Assembly: GCF_009834535.1 (NCBI RefSeq)
Contig: NC_045697.1
Coordinates: forward strand, 54,004,001 to 54,068,000
Direction: 5' to 3'
Length of the DNA stretch: 64,000 nucleotides
Source of the DNA: Camelus ferus
Lineage: Eukaryota
The translations under genes and the position numbers were made by a program. Shown here piece after piece: positions 1-13,560 of this stretch. Position 1 is the stretch's first letter. The number at the start of each line of letters is the position of its first letter. The notes below the pieces were generated by a model, which was given only the letters and a program-made list of their open reading frames with translations, was not told the origin of the DNA and ran no database searches.

Positions 1-1365
1 ATTTTACATGAGTAATTTGTATTTCTTTTTAAAAAGGCACTGAAAACATGATCCATTCACACATATTCAAAACTTTAGTTCCACCTTGAATATTTTTATA
101 GTCTTATTCTAGAAAGTGTAAGAAAGAGTAAAGATCTCACCAGTGCCAGCTTGTGAGTCTTCCACAAAGGAAAAAGCATCTGGAGTATTTGCGTGGCTAG
201 GACAAGCAGGCACAGTCTATGAGCTAAAGAAATAAGCTAGTGCTGAACACATAATAAAAACTGAATAAATATTTATTAATTGATATTTTAAAATGTAAGC
301 ATTGACTTAGCAATGTCATAAGGTACTATGCTGTTATTTCATTGTGGTATCTTTCTTTATGCTTCTGTTTGGATATTGTAGTTATATACAGATATTCAAT
401 GACCCCAAATAATGTCTCCTGAAATTAATGACCCTTTATTTTCATTTGTCACTTTCTGTACTATGATATCACTTCACAGCAGATAGATCAAATCAGTTGG
501 AAAATCATGTATTTTAAACATGGGTGAAATAGAAATATTAACTACAACGCTTGATCATTATATAAAGTGTTTTATGGAAATAAGGCTTTACTTAAATGGT
601 GATTATTCTTCCCAGTGTCTGACCTATCTTTTCTTATGGGTAATATCCCAGGTTCTTTTCTAAGGCTAAGGCAGAACAGAAGTGCTTTGAGAGAGACTGA
701 AACCCATACTGTGGTACTGACAAATGGTCCATTCAGTTTGGTTTAGTTAATTTCAGTTCCCTCTGGAAACAAATCTTGAGTGTACAGTCAGAGAATACAG
801 AGATACAGTAAGTCTCAGACACCATCCCTAAGGAGCTCAAAATGCATATTCTAATGAGATACTCGAGGTGAACAAAACTTCCTGAGGCAGAGGGGACTTT
901 TTGAACTGGCTCTTAAATATACTCTGATTTTTACAATTCAAGCAAAGAACAGACTAAGTTACTCCACATAGGAGGCAGCAGGAGCAAAGTCAAAGGGCTT
1001 TGGGGAAGAGCGGATTGCCAAGCAAACTGAGGCCAACTTGGGTTTCAAGTCTTCTCAGTCATTGGCTCCCTCACCTCCAGAAAGACCGCTTACTGTACTG
1101 GAGAATAATTCAGAGACTGAGGAGGCAGGAGAGAAACCTGTTATCAAGCTGCAGGACAAGTTTCAGTCAGGATTTCTAGAACAAGGTTGGTGGCAATGGG
1201 ATTGGAGATGGACTACATTAGATTTGCCCTGTGAGTGAGACTAGAAAACGAAAAGATTATTATAACTTCCTAACACAATTAGCACTGGCTTGTAAGTAGG
1301 TATTTGTTCTGGTAAACTTTCCTTTGAAGAGCGTTGAGCCTTGACTTGTAGGCTACTGCTCACAT

Positions 1366-1706
1366 CAGCTTTCAGTAAACTATGGCCCAAGGGACAAATC
1401 TGGCCCACCACCTGTTTTTATAAATTAATTGAGCTAAGACTGATTTTTATACTTTGTAAATGGTTGAAACAAATCAAAAGAAGAAAAATATTTTATGACA
1501 AGTGAAACTTATACAAAATGTCAATTTCAGTGTACACAAATTCAGTTTTTTTTGGAACACAGCCCTGCTCATTTCTGAGTGTACTATCTGCAGCTGTTTG
1601 GTGCTACACAGAGCTGAGTATGGTAGCTGCAGCATGGAATGTATGGTCCAGAAAACTGAAAATAGTTACTATCTTGACCTTCACAGAAACGTTTGCTGAC
1701 CTCCGG
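1366..1706 (+). mobile_element. MER58B-like hAT-Charlie DNA transposon relic
   Basis: ...aaactatggccc...caaatctggccc... start and ...tttgctgacctc end resemble recalled MER58 termini; about 340 bp. Confidence 0.75.
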
Positions 1707-4700
1707 CTGAAATGGATGACAATAATGAAATAGTTGATAGTAATGGAATTACCAGCTTTATTGATATTGTGTACATGCTCATTCAGAACAGCTCAGCCAG
1801 ACTGAGCTGGGGAAACAGAACTAAACATCAGTGCTGATGTTTACATTACAGAGAATGGGCAACGAGTTGGAGATGCGCTATTAATCAGTGCATGGCAGTG
1901 GTGTCAGGTAGGCATTTGTTCCGGTAAACTTTTCTTTGAAGCACTGTGAGCCTTGACAACGGTTCTCCAGTGCTTATCAGAAGGTTTGTTTGTGTTAGTA
2001 CCTTTTCTCCCCCTCACTTTTTTGTTGTTGTTGCTGCTGCTGCTTTTCTTTTTTAGTACTATTCTAAAAACAGCGCATTAAGAGGTGATCAGGATAATGC
2101 AATTCTGGACTTGTCTTCTGGCAATTTGGGGCTGACAAAAATATACCCATATTTTAACTGCTATATTCACTGTCTAATCACACATGTCCTCAAATTGAAA
2201 AGAAAATTCACAAAAAGAAAGAAATTTGATACCAGTGAAGCTACTAGAATTCATCCAGTCTGTCTGAAGTTTCAGCCATGAGGAGGTTCAGATAAGTTTC
2301 AAAAGGCCCCAATCATGACTGGGCAAGGGTTTATGTGCAGGAGGGGGTTAGTGACATCAGTGTCTGTTGATATATAAAAAGGGTTTATTTCTCCATTTTA
2401 ATAATTTTTTGAGCACACTTCTATTACATTTAATTTGGAGCAATTTAATACTGAATCACTTGCTGAGACAGCAACAAAAAAACTAACAAGAAACAGGTCA
2501 AATAAGTTTGAAAAGCAATGTCATATAGACTAGGAAGAAAGAGATCATGTTTCAGATGACAAATACTGCAGTAACGTGGTCATTACCTTTATTATTAATA
2601 ATTAAAATAATAATGATAATAATAATAATCCTTACTATTTGTACAATGATTTTCTACCTGGGAGCGCAAAGCAATAAAATACTTTATCATTTTTATCTCT
2701 ATAGAGCTAAGAAGGGTCTGGGATTCTTATCCTTGCTTTTCATATGGAGAAAGTAAGAGAGAGAATTCAATCTGCTAGTACCATACTATACAATAAATAA
2801 GTTGGTGGCCAGAGTCAGAAACATACTCTCTTGATAATTTATTCAAAGTGTTTTTAATGGATTGTCTTTTCCTTTATTCCATGCTATTGGTCTTATCTTC
2901 TTCAAAGCCACCAAAGACAGAGCACCACTAAAATCATTATGAAAGGTGGGAGACAGGAAAGGAAGACAGCAGTACCTTGGCGAAGATAGTGATAGGAGCT
3001 CCATGAAAGGACATGCATAATCCTCCTTGTTATTTCTCTCCTCTCTCTCTCATTTAATTCAAAAGCCTTGTTGAAAAAAATCCACCAGAACACACACAAA
3101 AAAATCCAGCAAAACACAAAAAGTATACAAATTAAAGTGTCTCCTGTTATTCTGCTTCTTACTGCTAATATTTTTGTGTCTTTCTATATATTTTGCTATG
3201 CACACACATATGTAGTTTTATTATTTGCAACAAGTGCAACATAGAATGCATATTATTCTGCAACGTTTTTTTCACTAAAATGCATCTTTTACCTTTTGCA
3301 TGTTAATACATGTAGCTCCACCTCATCAATTTAATGGCTGCACTGTTTTAATTTTGTCTTGATTAAAAATTATGGTAGAACAAAAAGAACTTCTGTTTTA
3401 TATGTCACAATTCTACATAGCAATCATGTGCTTTTGACTATTAGATCATGTTTCCTATAATTACAAATTCATATTCTTCATCTGGCATGTACTGACATTA
3501 GTTGAGAGGCCCTCCCTCCCCATATTCCTCCAAAGTTTTGCTTATGTCTGCTATAGGCATATCCTTTCTTCTCCAACAAGTGAATAATAAGCATTCAGGA
3601 ATGAAGAAATAGGAATCAACTTATAGTCTTCTTAGACATGTTTGCACATAAAAAATGTACAGAAGATAAGGGGAGAAGTCTTTTTATATTACAGTAATTC
3701 TAGGAACAGGTGTTTGGAATCCCACTCAAGGGAGAACTAGAGATGAAAGAGATTGGGGAGAAGAAGATGAAGTTTCCTTGGCTACAGCCCCATGGGAAAA
3801 TCTCAGGAATAAGGGAGCAAAAAAAAAAAAAAAAAAAAAAAAAAGGAATAAGGGAGGAGACCAAGTAGAATCCTTGGAGTCTTCCACTACATCCCAGTGA
3901 CTTCAGCAGGGGCAGGGGCAGGTGCAGGGGCATGTAGCGATGACTCGGTTGACTTCTGCAATAGTTCCCACAGAACAGGACATTGAGGCAGAGCCAGGAT
4001 GTGATGATGGTGGGCCAGGGACCAGAGTGATAATCCCATTTTCTGGTCCTACAACACCAGGAAACAGAGTCTCCTTGATTTCTGTAAGCAAAAATTATTC
4101 ATTGCAAAATGCTTCACAGTTTTCCAAGAGGTTTTCACATTCATGATCTCATTCTGGATTCCACAGTCAACAACGCACTTTAGACAGAACTGGTAGCCTG
4201 TCCCTTATTGACAGATGGAGGAACATAGTTCAGAGTCTAAATAATTTGTCCAAGCTGGTAAGGAAAGAGCTGGATTCAGAATTCTCTTTATTCTGATTCC
4301 ATCTCCAGTTCTCCCCAGGATAATATTACCCTTTCCCCCAGTTCTCATGTACAAGATAGTACTGTTAAGAATATATGCCATTGATTTAGCCAGCATGATA
4401 AATACCTCAAGAAATTTAAAATAACAGCATCGTACTTAACCAACTTGGCCAACTGTTGACTTATTTCATTTTCTTGAAGAGGGTTTGCTTAATAATTATT
4501 ACAACCAAAGGGAACAGCAACTTTGCTAATCAATCAAAAACAAGGTTGATCAGCATTTTTTTAGTAACATTTATTTCTGAAAGCAGAACCAATGGGAGAG
4601 GTTGAAGAAGAGAGTTCCTGCAGCATTGTTGAAGTTTAGCTCTCTCAGGTTCTTAGAAGATATCTCAGGTTATCACTTGCATGTAGTCTTTAAGTTTGTT

Positions 4701-4889
4701 TGAAAATAAATCAGAAAACTAGAAGGAAAATAGAATTAGAAACCCTGCCTGGAACAGCTGGTATGGTTCAAGCTGTAATACATATCATAGGCCATTTAAG
4801 ATTCTAGGGTGAAAGCAGACTTGAAACATTTTTGTAGCTCCTGCAGTGCCTAACTCAGTATCTTGCACACGATCAGCTCAGTAAATCAT

Positions 4890-5060
4890 AGCTAACATAG
4901 CGCTTTCTACATGCTAGGTACTGTTGGAGGCACTTTACATATAGTAAGTCATTTAATCCTTGCAACAATCCTATGAGATAGGTATTATCTTCATTTTATG
5001 AACGAGGAAACTGATGCATAGAGAAGTCAAATTACTTGCCTAAAGTCAAGCGACCAGAGC
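4890..5060 (-). mobile_element. MIR SINE
   Basis: catttaatccttgcaacaatcctatgag...gaggaaactga...acttgcctaaagtca core; boundaries approximate. Confidence 0.7.
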
Positions 5061-5225
5061 CAGAAATGGCCTCAGAAGCCCTGATTAGGCTGTGTTCTAA
5101 AACCAAACAGTCCTCTTCCACCTAACTGAGTGTCCCACATTCATTCCCCAGGAATATCTGCTTTACCTAAGGAGCAGATGCAGTGTGCACTGTAACATAA
5201 TCCATCTATTTGCTTTCTTTCTCAG

Positions 5226-5350
5226 GCTGTCAGTGGTGAAGGTCAGGAGGAGAGCTTATTTGGAGCCCTGGATTATTGTCCTCATCATCTTTCTCTCCCT
5301 AATTGTCCTGACAGTGTGCACTGGACTCACTTTTGATTATGCGAGATACA
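5226..5350 (+). CDS. TMPRSS11E: TMPRSS11E-like exon 2: cytoplasmic tail and TM helix (LSVVKVRRRAYLEPWIIVLIIFLSLIVLTVCTGLTFDYARY)
   Basis: tttctcag acceptor, gtaagt donor at 5351; basic residues followed by a hydrophobic stretch. Confidence 0.92.
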
Positions 5351-6622
5351 GTAAGTAGCGGCTGCCCTGGCAGACTGCAATTTACCTCAGATATTTCCTG
5401 ATGTACATTCCTGTTTTGATTTGTTTCAAGCTTATTCATTCATTTCTGTAACTCATTTGCATAGCTAGTGCAAAGAATTCTTTACCTGCCTTGTCAATCG
5501 TTTAATCTTCATAAACCAAGGAGGAGTCTTTCTTCCATCTTTGATGAACCAATGCCTCCTGCTGGGAATAGCAGGCTAGTATTTATATTCCATAATAAGC
5601 AATAATCAAGCCTTAATTAAGGGAAGACCACAGGAAAGCTAGAGTTCAATGTTTTGTGTTATTGGAGGTCATAAGGCAATCACCTTGATTTAAAATAATA
5701 ACTACAACTCACTGAAAATCCTGATAGCCCAATAAATTGTACAATCAGAGATCATAGAGAAGTAGGCCCTATACTGTACTAGTAAGCTGGAAAAAGGCTC
5801 AAAGTGATATATTGTTGAATAAATGCCTACTTCTGTTATTTTAAAATCATCTTGTGTTATATTGCAAGTGATTAAAGAGGATGAGATATGCTGAGAAGGT
5901 TAATTATAAAGAGGTTCAGACTGTGGTAATCGGGTACCTCCCTGCTAGATGAACTGTGAACACTGCTATGTCATTAGAAAAGTCCCCGGGGTACTTCAGA
6001 ACTATTCTTCCAGGCATAACAACCCTTCTGAAGTTTCCTGCTAGTTGCCTCGGGTTTTAATGAGTTGACTCCACTTTGACCTATTGGTTTAATATCTCCC
6101 TTAGAGACTAGATAATGCTTTGATGTTCAAGATCCTCTAAGTAAAAAACCTAATCACTTGATTCTAATTTAATTGGGAATGTATAGGAAGTTGTTTTCCT
6201 ATAAAGAGAAATGGCAATTGTAAATTGGTTATCTTCTTCTGCTAGCAGACATAAATCCAATCTTAATTTCCTAAATAAGGTAGATTATTTCTGGGTAGTT
6301 TAAAGAAAAAAATATTCAAAAGTCATTTTTTTTCCTGGTAGAATTTGCCCACACGTAGGTCTTTGAATTTGGAGTATGTGCATTTTGGTCATTTCTCTGG
6401 TACGTGTTTTTAATATAAAAAGAATAGCTAAAATAACTTCACAATTCTATAGTTCTGTTCTGGATATACTAAGTCCCATTATGTTATAAGCATCATTATT
6501 CATCTCCATGGATGCCTAGAACTATGTTTTATGCACTTCTGTATATCTGGAACTAGCAGGATCCTGGCACATATTAGATACTTAATATTTATTGAATATT
6601 GAGTGATAAAAATGAATGAATC

Positions 6623-6673
6623 TGACACAACATTGTAAACTGACTATACCTAAATTTTAAAAAAGTTTTAATG
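6623..6673 (+). mobile_element. Extremely 5'-truncated L1 3' end (~50 nt) with TSD, inserted in an L2 tail
   Basis: tgacacaacattgtaaa is identical to the 3' end of the full-length L1 in this window; flanked by aaatgaatgaatc (6610-6622) and aaatgaacgaatc (6674-6686). Confidence 0.65.
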
Positions 6674-8158
6674 AAATGAACGAATCACACCTATGATACT
6701 TGCTTGGGGCATATTTCGGTTTGTCTGATTTCTAGTATGGCAAAGGGGGTCTCATGGCCTCAGTAAGAGGAAATGTTCTTTACTACTTCTCATTTGTCTC
6801 TTCCCAATGCTTACAAATCTTCCTCATATGCATACAATAAAAATCTGGTTAGATTTTTCTAGTAAACTGTTCCTGTATATCCTATTGTTGGGATAATTAG
6901 CTGAATAATATGAACATACAAACTTCCACTGTCCACACAGCACACCTGAATAAATAGCAATTGTTCTGATATGTGTTACTGTCATATTTGTGACTTGAGC
7001 TCTGTTTACAGATGTAACCTAAGAACAGAGTAGATACAGCACATGAGCATTTAGGAGCTGGCCTGCCTAGATAACCAAACTAAGCCAAACAAATCTGTAA
7101 TAGAAACACAGATAAAGATGGAGGTGATCAGACTTGGAAAAACATCACTTGGGCATAAAGCCCAGGACAGCATAAAACTGTATATGTGATTTGTGTCCAG
7201 TGGCCTTTGGGACTGCATTTCTGTCCCCTCTGTGATTGGAATGGCAGCAGGTGAATCTATTATGAACAACATCATTGTAGGGTATAGATTCAAAAAGCTG
7301 TGAAAGTTATCAGCAAACTCATGTTCATCCTTGTTTTTCTTACTTTTGTGTTAACATTCTTAATAATATTTTCAACAGCTACACATGCCAAGTAATTCTG
7401 ACAATTGGGAATATGTTTTGACACCTAGTGACATGTTTGAGTACAGGAGGGTAGAGGAAAAGCTATGTTGCATTAATTGTTCAGCAGAGCAAAAACATGG
7501 ACTGCTTGAACTGGATGCTAAAAATGGAGACAATGGCTAAAGGAGTGGACAAGCCAATTCCTACGGCTGGTGGGAGAAAATAAATGGAGTGACAGGGGAA
7601 TCAGGTGAAACTAAGCAGGGTCCCTAGAGAGTCACGCTGGGTAACAGCTCTAGCTCCCTCAGCTTTGATATACTGAACTCCAGCATTCTAATCCCTACCC
7701 TCACCTCCTTCTTTAGCCAAAATAAAAGTTCTTACACTAGCATCCTTGTGGCCAGAATTGGATGTATAGTTTATAGAACTGGGAGAAATCTACTTTTGAA
7801 ACCTAAAAATGCATTTACTCTTGGGTAGCTTCTGAATCCATCCCTGTTTGTGTGCTCAGGTGGAGTGACTTTCTGCCTCTTGTGGCTTATTCAGGAATGG
7901 ATAACACATGACTAATTAGCCTACAGGAACACCAAGCATTTCTTATGGCTTTTACACTCAAGATCTTATAACAATGAATGGTGTTGTCTTTTACTCTTAG
8001 ATGACAATGAAGCTTGGGGTATGATGACAGAGATGATGACCTAGGTTAGGAACGTTCTTTCCTCTCTCAGTCTGTCTAGCAACTAACAAATGGGGAAATG
8101 ATGATGCTTACACACATCTGCTAAAAAGTATGGGGAGTTTTTGTCTCTCTCCTTATAG

Positions 8159-8280
8159 ATCAAAGGAAGACCTACAGTTATTACAGCACACTATCATTTA
8201 CAAGTGACAAGCTGTATGATGATTTTGAAAAAGAGGCTTCTAAAAATTTCACAGAGATGAGCCAGAAAATTGAATCAATG
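8159..8280 (+). CDS. TMPRSS11E: TMPRSS11E-like exon 3: SEA domain ([41 protein letters not shown])
   Basis: ccttatag acceptor, gtaagc donor at 8281; frame-compatible with exon 2. Confidence 0.93.
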
Positions 8281-9603
8281 GTAAGCATTTTTTCCCACTT
8301 CAATGGCATTTGTTATCAATTTTGAGTATAATTTTTAGTACCTTAGCTTCTCAAATTTAACCAATCTCATGTATCTTTGCAAAGTGGGAAGAGGCCCTAC
8401 TTAAGAGATATAAACAAAATTGACATGACTTAAAAGAGTATGCCTTGCAGAGCTAAGCCTAGTGAGTGTTAGCCATTCCTTTTTGTCCCTCCTAACTGAC
8501 CCCTCCTTAGCTAGTGCTACACTCTTGTTCAACAGAGACCAGAAATTCTGGAAATGTGAGGGTGACCCAAAACATAGTTGTTGTATCCTTTATTTCTTAA
8601 AGAAGAAACCTTGAGCAAAAGGCCACAAGATTGAAACTATTCAGACACATAGTTGAATAGTACTTTAGTACCCCAAAATATCTAACCTTGGACCAGTTTT
8701 TAGTATGTAAGTTTACAGGAAATCCTTGGATACTTATCTTTAACCCTAAGGCATCAACATTCAACCTGAGAGATGAATCAATTGTCATAAAAAGTGGGAA
8801 AATTAACAGTATAAGCCAAAAAAGCAAGAGCCTGGGCGATAACTTCTCATCATTGTCAGATTATTTAGAGAACAATTTGGACTCTTCCTGATGGTCTGGG
8901 AGGCAATTAGTGGAATGTGTGATGGAAAGCATCCTAAAGTGGGAGGTGGGACACCTAGTTCTAGTACCACCTACTAGCTAGTGACATGTCTCTTGACACA
9001 TCTCTTATCATCTGGAAAGACTCCCTTGTGTGAAAATTAAGGAGTTAGACTAGATAATTTCCAAATTGTCTTCTAGTTCCAATATCCTGAGTGCGAACAG
9101 AATGGCAATGACTCACCTGGAATCTGCCTGGTAGACTCAGAAGCCTGAGAATTTGAATACTTTGCTCAGGTCAAATCTTGGTTGTTTTTGTACTTGTAAA
9201 CACCAACTCAGGGAAATATTGAATAAACTCTTCTTAAGGAATCAACAAAATGTAAGAAAAAAATAAAAGGGTTCAGTGGTTTTATCCATCAATCACTAGC
9301 TTGTAGTAACCAGCTTGTGTTTGGCAAATATCCATACAGTAAGAAAAGAAACACTTGACATGTTTACCTTGACTCCTAATTTAAAAATGTAAGTTGGCTG
9401 GAGTTCTTATTTGTAGTAGTAAGAAATATCTCTACAAAATACATTCTTTTACTCTATTAGAGTACACCTCATAGGAAGTATTCCAGTTCACCTGAGCCTT
9501 CGTCAGAGCATTTTGAGTGGTGAACCGAGGGCAGATTTTGACAGGATATTTGGTAACTTTTTCAACAGGTTTGAGAGCCACGTGACACTGTTATGCATTC
9601 ATT

Positions 9604-9691
9604 TCTCCCTTCCCAATACTAACCAAGCCTAACCCTGCTTAGCTTGTGAGATCAGATGAGATAGTGTGTTTACAGTGGTGTGGCAGTAGAT
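9604..9691 (-). pseudogene. 5S rRNA pseudogene, 3'-truncated (about nt 1-90)
   Basis: Reverse complement reads aTCTACtGCCAcACCACtgT...ATCTCaTCTGATCTCacAAGCTAAGCAGGGTtaGGCtTGGTTAGTA..GGGAGA, matching 5S rRNA with CpG decay. Confidence 0.9.
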
Positions 9692-10037
9692 TGACTTATT
9701 TCAGTGACCCACTACTTGCCAGAGTTATTTCATTTCCTTTAGTCTACCTACAGAAAAAGTCTGTATCTCAGGGTGTGAACTCTCACTTTTCCCCAAACCA
9801 TCTCTTTCTGAGTATAGTGCAGCAGATGTCACTCCTAGCCGTTCTGCTATGATTCCCTAGCAGAGTGCAGCTGAAATCACTGAGTAGAATACAAAGAATT
9901 CTCAAAATTCCTCAATTTCAGCACATTGTGAAATGTCAGTCAATGTGTTTTGTTTTTAAAATGTTTTTAAGCTTTGAAACAAACTGCAGAATTTCAGAAA
10001 ATTAATCTTACTGACATTTTGAATATTTTTGGAACAG

Positions 10038-10105
10038 GTGAAAAATATGTTTCATAAATCTTCACTGAGGGACAAATTTGTTAAGTCTCACATTATCAGG
10101 TTCAG
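10038..10105 (+). CDS. TMPRSS11E: TMPRSS11E-like exon 4: SEA domain (VKNMFHKSSLRDKFVKSHIIRFS)
   Basis: aacag acceptor, gtatgt donor; 68 nt, same size as the equivalent exon of the second gene. Confidence 0.9.
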
Positions 10106-12409
10106 GTATGTAGATCTAAAATTCTGACTTGTGAATATAATTTAAAGCTAAGGCTATTAACCTGGTTAGTAATAAATACTGCTTGAAGTGTCAATGATAT
10201 GATATAATTTAGTTCAACAGATATTCATTTGGTACCTGTCCTGTGTAAGTTATGGGTTACAATGTGCCTTATTCATTCTTCAAATCCAAAAAAAAAAAAA
10301 AAAGCATTTGCAAGATGCTTTCGAGGGACAGAAGTGTTATTGGTGGCTATGTTATGGAATTATTATCATTATTTTTTTGGAAACTCTAATTAGCACAAAC
10401 AGGCACCTGAACTACATCTCTTGGTCTAATAGCAAATAATGCCCTGTGTAAACCTGTGCAGTGATGAGGTTTTTCTTCTCCTCTTGGTTCTCCAGCTTAC
10501 CAATTTTCTTTCTTTTCTTCCATTCTACCCGTTTCTGCTACACATATTTAAGCTCTCAGGTCTGATTATCATCAACCAACAATAAATAGAAGTTCAGAAC
10601 ATACTATTTTAAGCAAAATACTATTTAAGAATCTTAAATAATACATTCTTAATAAAAATTATTTTTATTTTTCAAAAATAAAATAAGAGCTATTTCCAAT
10701 ATTATTTCCGTGATAAAAACCCCAAGTTACTTCTCAGTCTATTACTTAGCTGACATCTCTGAGGTGTTACTTTGACCAGTTCCTCCCAGTATTTCCACTT
10801 TCTAATGTTTAAAATATTATTTCTTGGGTATGTATCTGCTTCTTCACTTCTTAAATTTTTACTCTCTCAAAGGTTAAAAATTCATCCACGCACCTGGCTT
10901 CACATGCTTTTGAAATCCAAGCTTCTCTTTCCAATCTAAACTGTCTTCCTGATTTCTAGACCTAATGCCTGCTAGTCACATCTCCACATGGAGGTTTCAC
11001 AGAAAGTTCTCAAACTCAGGGAAAACTTAGTCACACTAATGAGAAACCTAGAAGTCATATGATGACTTTGTATACACTTTGTGAATAATTAAATTCTACC
11101 TATTCTATCTTCCAAATCATTTTCTAATTTATTTTACTCTTCATCCCAGAAATCTTGCTAGTTATTAAGTCTTTCTTCTCTTACTATAATTTGAGGAAGT
11201 GCAAGTTTGTTGCAAAGATAAAGTCAGTCTTAGAGTTGCTGAGTTGAGATAGTTAGGGACCAGATAAGCCTGAAATATGAGTCTGATGTAGGGGAGGAAA
11301 AGGGAACTGAGCTGAAGACAGACATTTGCTTATCATCAACTCTAAGTATTGGGAAGTGTGGGTATAAACATAACTTTTCAGAAAAGGGTGATGAAAGAAA
11401 AAGGACGACGAAGAAAGCCTGAAGAACAATATTTAAGGAGATGGAAGAGAAACAGAAACTTAGGAAATAGAGGAGAAGCAGAAGAAAAAAGAATAGAGAG
11501 AGAGAGAGGTTCTGCTGGTGCTTAAGACAGAGTTTCAGGGAGAGGGTGGTAAGCATTGACAATACTCCCCAGAGACCAAGTAAAATGACTAGAAAGAACT
11601 CACTGGCTCTGTCAATGAGGAAGTCATTAGTGTTTAGGTAGAGAGCAACACAGTGGAACAGAAGGGGAGGAAGCTGACTGCAATGAAGTAAATATGAGGC
11701 AGAATGTAACTTACCCATTTAAGAAGGTTTTCTGTGATATGAAGGTGAAAGATAAATTGTATAGCTGGAGTAGAGGGAGGGTTTTGTTTTTTTTGTTTGT
11801 TTGTTTGCTCCTATTACTCAGCCAGTATGGGAATAGTTTAAGAGAAAGAAGAAAGAATAAATAATGGAGGTACAGGGTTGCTGAGGCTGTGAAGAGGGAT
11901 GAGATAGATAACAATAATCTTTTTAAAGCCCTATTTGTTTCTTTTTTCAGATTACAAAAGCAATACAAAATTACATAAAATTCAAAAATACTATTACATA
12001 AAACAGAAAGCAAAAGCCTCCTCTCCAGTAATTTCACACCCAGAAATAACACATCTTGTTAACAATTTGTTGTTAATATTTTTTCAATGACTGCATATAG
12101 ATCTATTTCATTCTTTAGCTGGTTGTATAGTGTATATCAGGGCTTCACTCTCAGAATATGTCAGGGTTGATTTAGCCAAAGCTCTTTTGATGGACACTTG
12201 GGTTGCTACATATTTTTCTGATTTAAAACCAAGGTTATGATGAACATGTAAGTACGTATCTCCCTGCACACACAAGAGTGTATTTAAAGATTAAATTTCT
12301 AAAAGTAGAAATGCTGTATCAGAGAGGATAGATAATCAAAACTATAAACAAAACTGCCTTCCAAAGATACATAAGAGATAATTTCCTAAAAAAAAAAAAA
12401 AAAAAAGCA

Positions 12410-12770
12410 AAGTCTGGCTGAGCGACTACTACACATTGGGCAGATGAGAAAGAAAACCACATTGAAGAGGGTTGGAGAAACTGGGACACAGTCTTGCCAT
12501 AAGCCTCACCCCAGCACACCAGGAAAAAACCCTCAAACCCCAGGGTTCTCTTCAATGGGCAAAGAGTTTGAAACCCACGAGGCACCCCAACTTCTACCAC
12601 CTGCATTTGAGAGATGAGCCTCCAAAACATCTAACTTTGAAAACCAATGGAATTCAAGTTCTGAGACCCACAAGATTGTAGCTGTTGAGGAGGTGGCTCT
12701 TAATGGGCCAATGCCTCGGACTCACCTACCTCAGGGCTTAGCCCAGAGGCTGCCAATTGCACCCAGACTA
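12410..12770 (+). mobile_element. Old L1 5'UTR-like fragment
   Basis: gagagatgagcctccaaaacatctaactttgaaaaccaatgg resembles recalled laurasiatherian L1 5' UTRs; boundaries approximate. Confidence 0.45.
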
Positions 12771-13396
12771 AAAGGGAACTGACTATATGTGAATAGGAAA
12801 GGTAGAGTAGCTGACAGAGAATGAGAAAGAGTAATCAAAGATGACTTCAAAGTAGTAATTCATTCAAATAATGCTAAGGCTAATTAATGCTCTATCTTGA
12901 AAATACAATCACATGAAGTCAAGACAATTTGACTAAGTTTTCTAACATCGTTAGGGTTAGGAGTTGTTTAGGCAACCTGAAATTTGCTTAGGAGAAATCA
13001 CTGGATTTATACCCCTGAGGATTAAGCCTGAAAGCCATAGCCAGAGTTGACTTCATACTGACTATATATTGTACTTTATAATTCTGTGTGGTTGACAAGA
13101 GAATTGCCTTTTTATATTAGTAATCCATGTACTTAACTAGATCCTTTGGTGGTTAGGGAGACCATAAGCATACCAGCTATCGGAGAGGCTGAGATGGGAG
13201 TTCTATATGTGGTAAAAAATAGGAATATAGAAGAAAACAAACTGGAAGTTTTAAAATTGCATTTATGGATTTGTTTTTGTGTGAATGTGTTTCAAATGAA
13301 TGATAAAAAAAAATGGAGTGTGATATTACCATAAATCTTATTATGAATTATACCTTTTAAAACCACATTTTTATTTCTTTATTTTTCGGCCCACAG

Positions 13397-13560
13397 TCAC
13401 AGGGAACATAGAGTGTTGGCTCATATACTGCTGATTTTTAGATTTCGCTCTACTGAGGATCCTGAAACCACAAATATAATTATTCAGCGTGTTCTACATG
13501 AAAAGCTGCAAGATGCTGTAGGATCCCCTAACTTAAATCTTGAGTTATTTGTACTTAAAA
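13397..13560 (+). CDS. TMPRSS11E: TMPRSS11E-like exon 5: SEA domain C-terminal part ([24 protein letters not shown]...LFVLK)
   Basis: ccacag acceptor, gtaagt donor at 13561; overlaps ORF-track 13413..13607. Confidence 0.92.

Noticed and set aside
1..5225. Exon 1 / start codon of the TMPRSS11E-like gene
   Set aside because: I found no ATG with a phase-2 GT donor resembling M(M)YR; atgtacag at about 3655 lacks a GT. Exon 1 probably lies upstream of the window.
11230..12052. Hydrophobic minus-strand ORFs of 162 and 113 aa resembling membrane proteins
   Set aside because: They arise from purine-rich degraded repeat sequence; the Leu/Phe bias is compositional and there is no exon structure.
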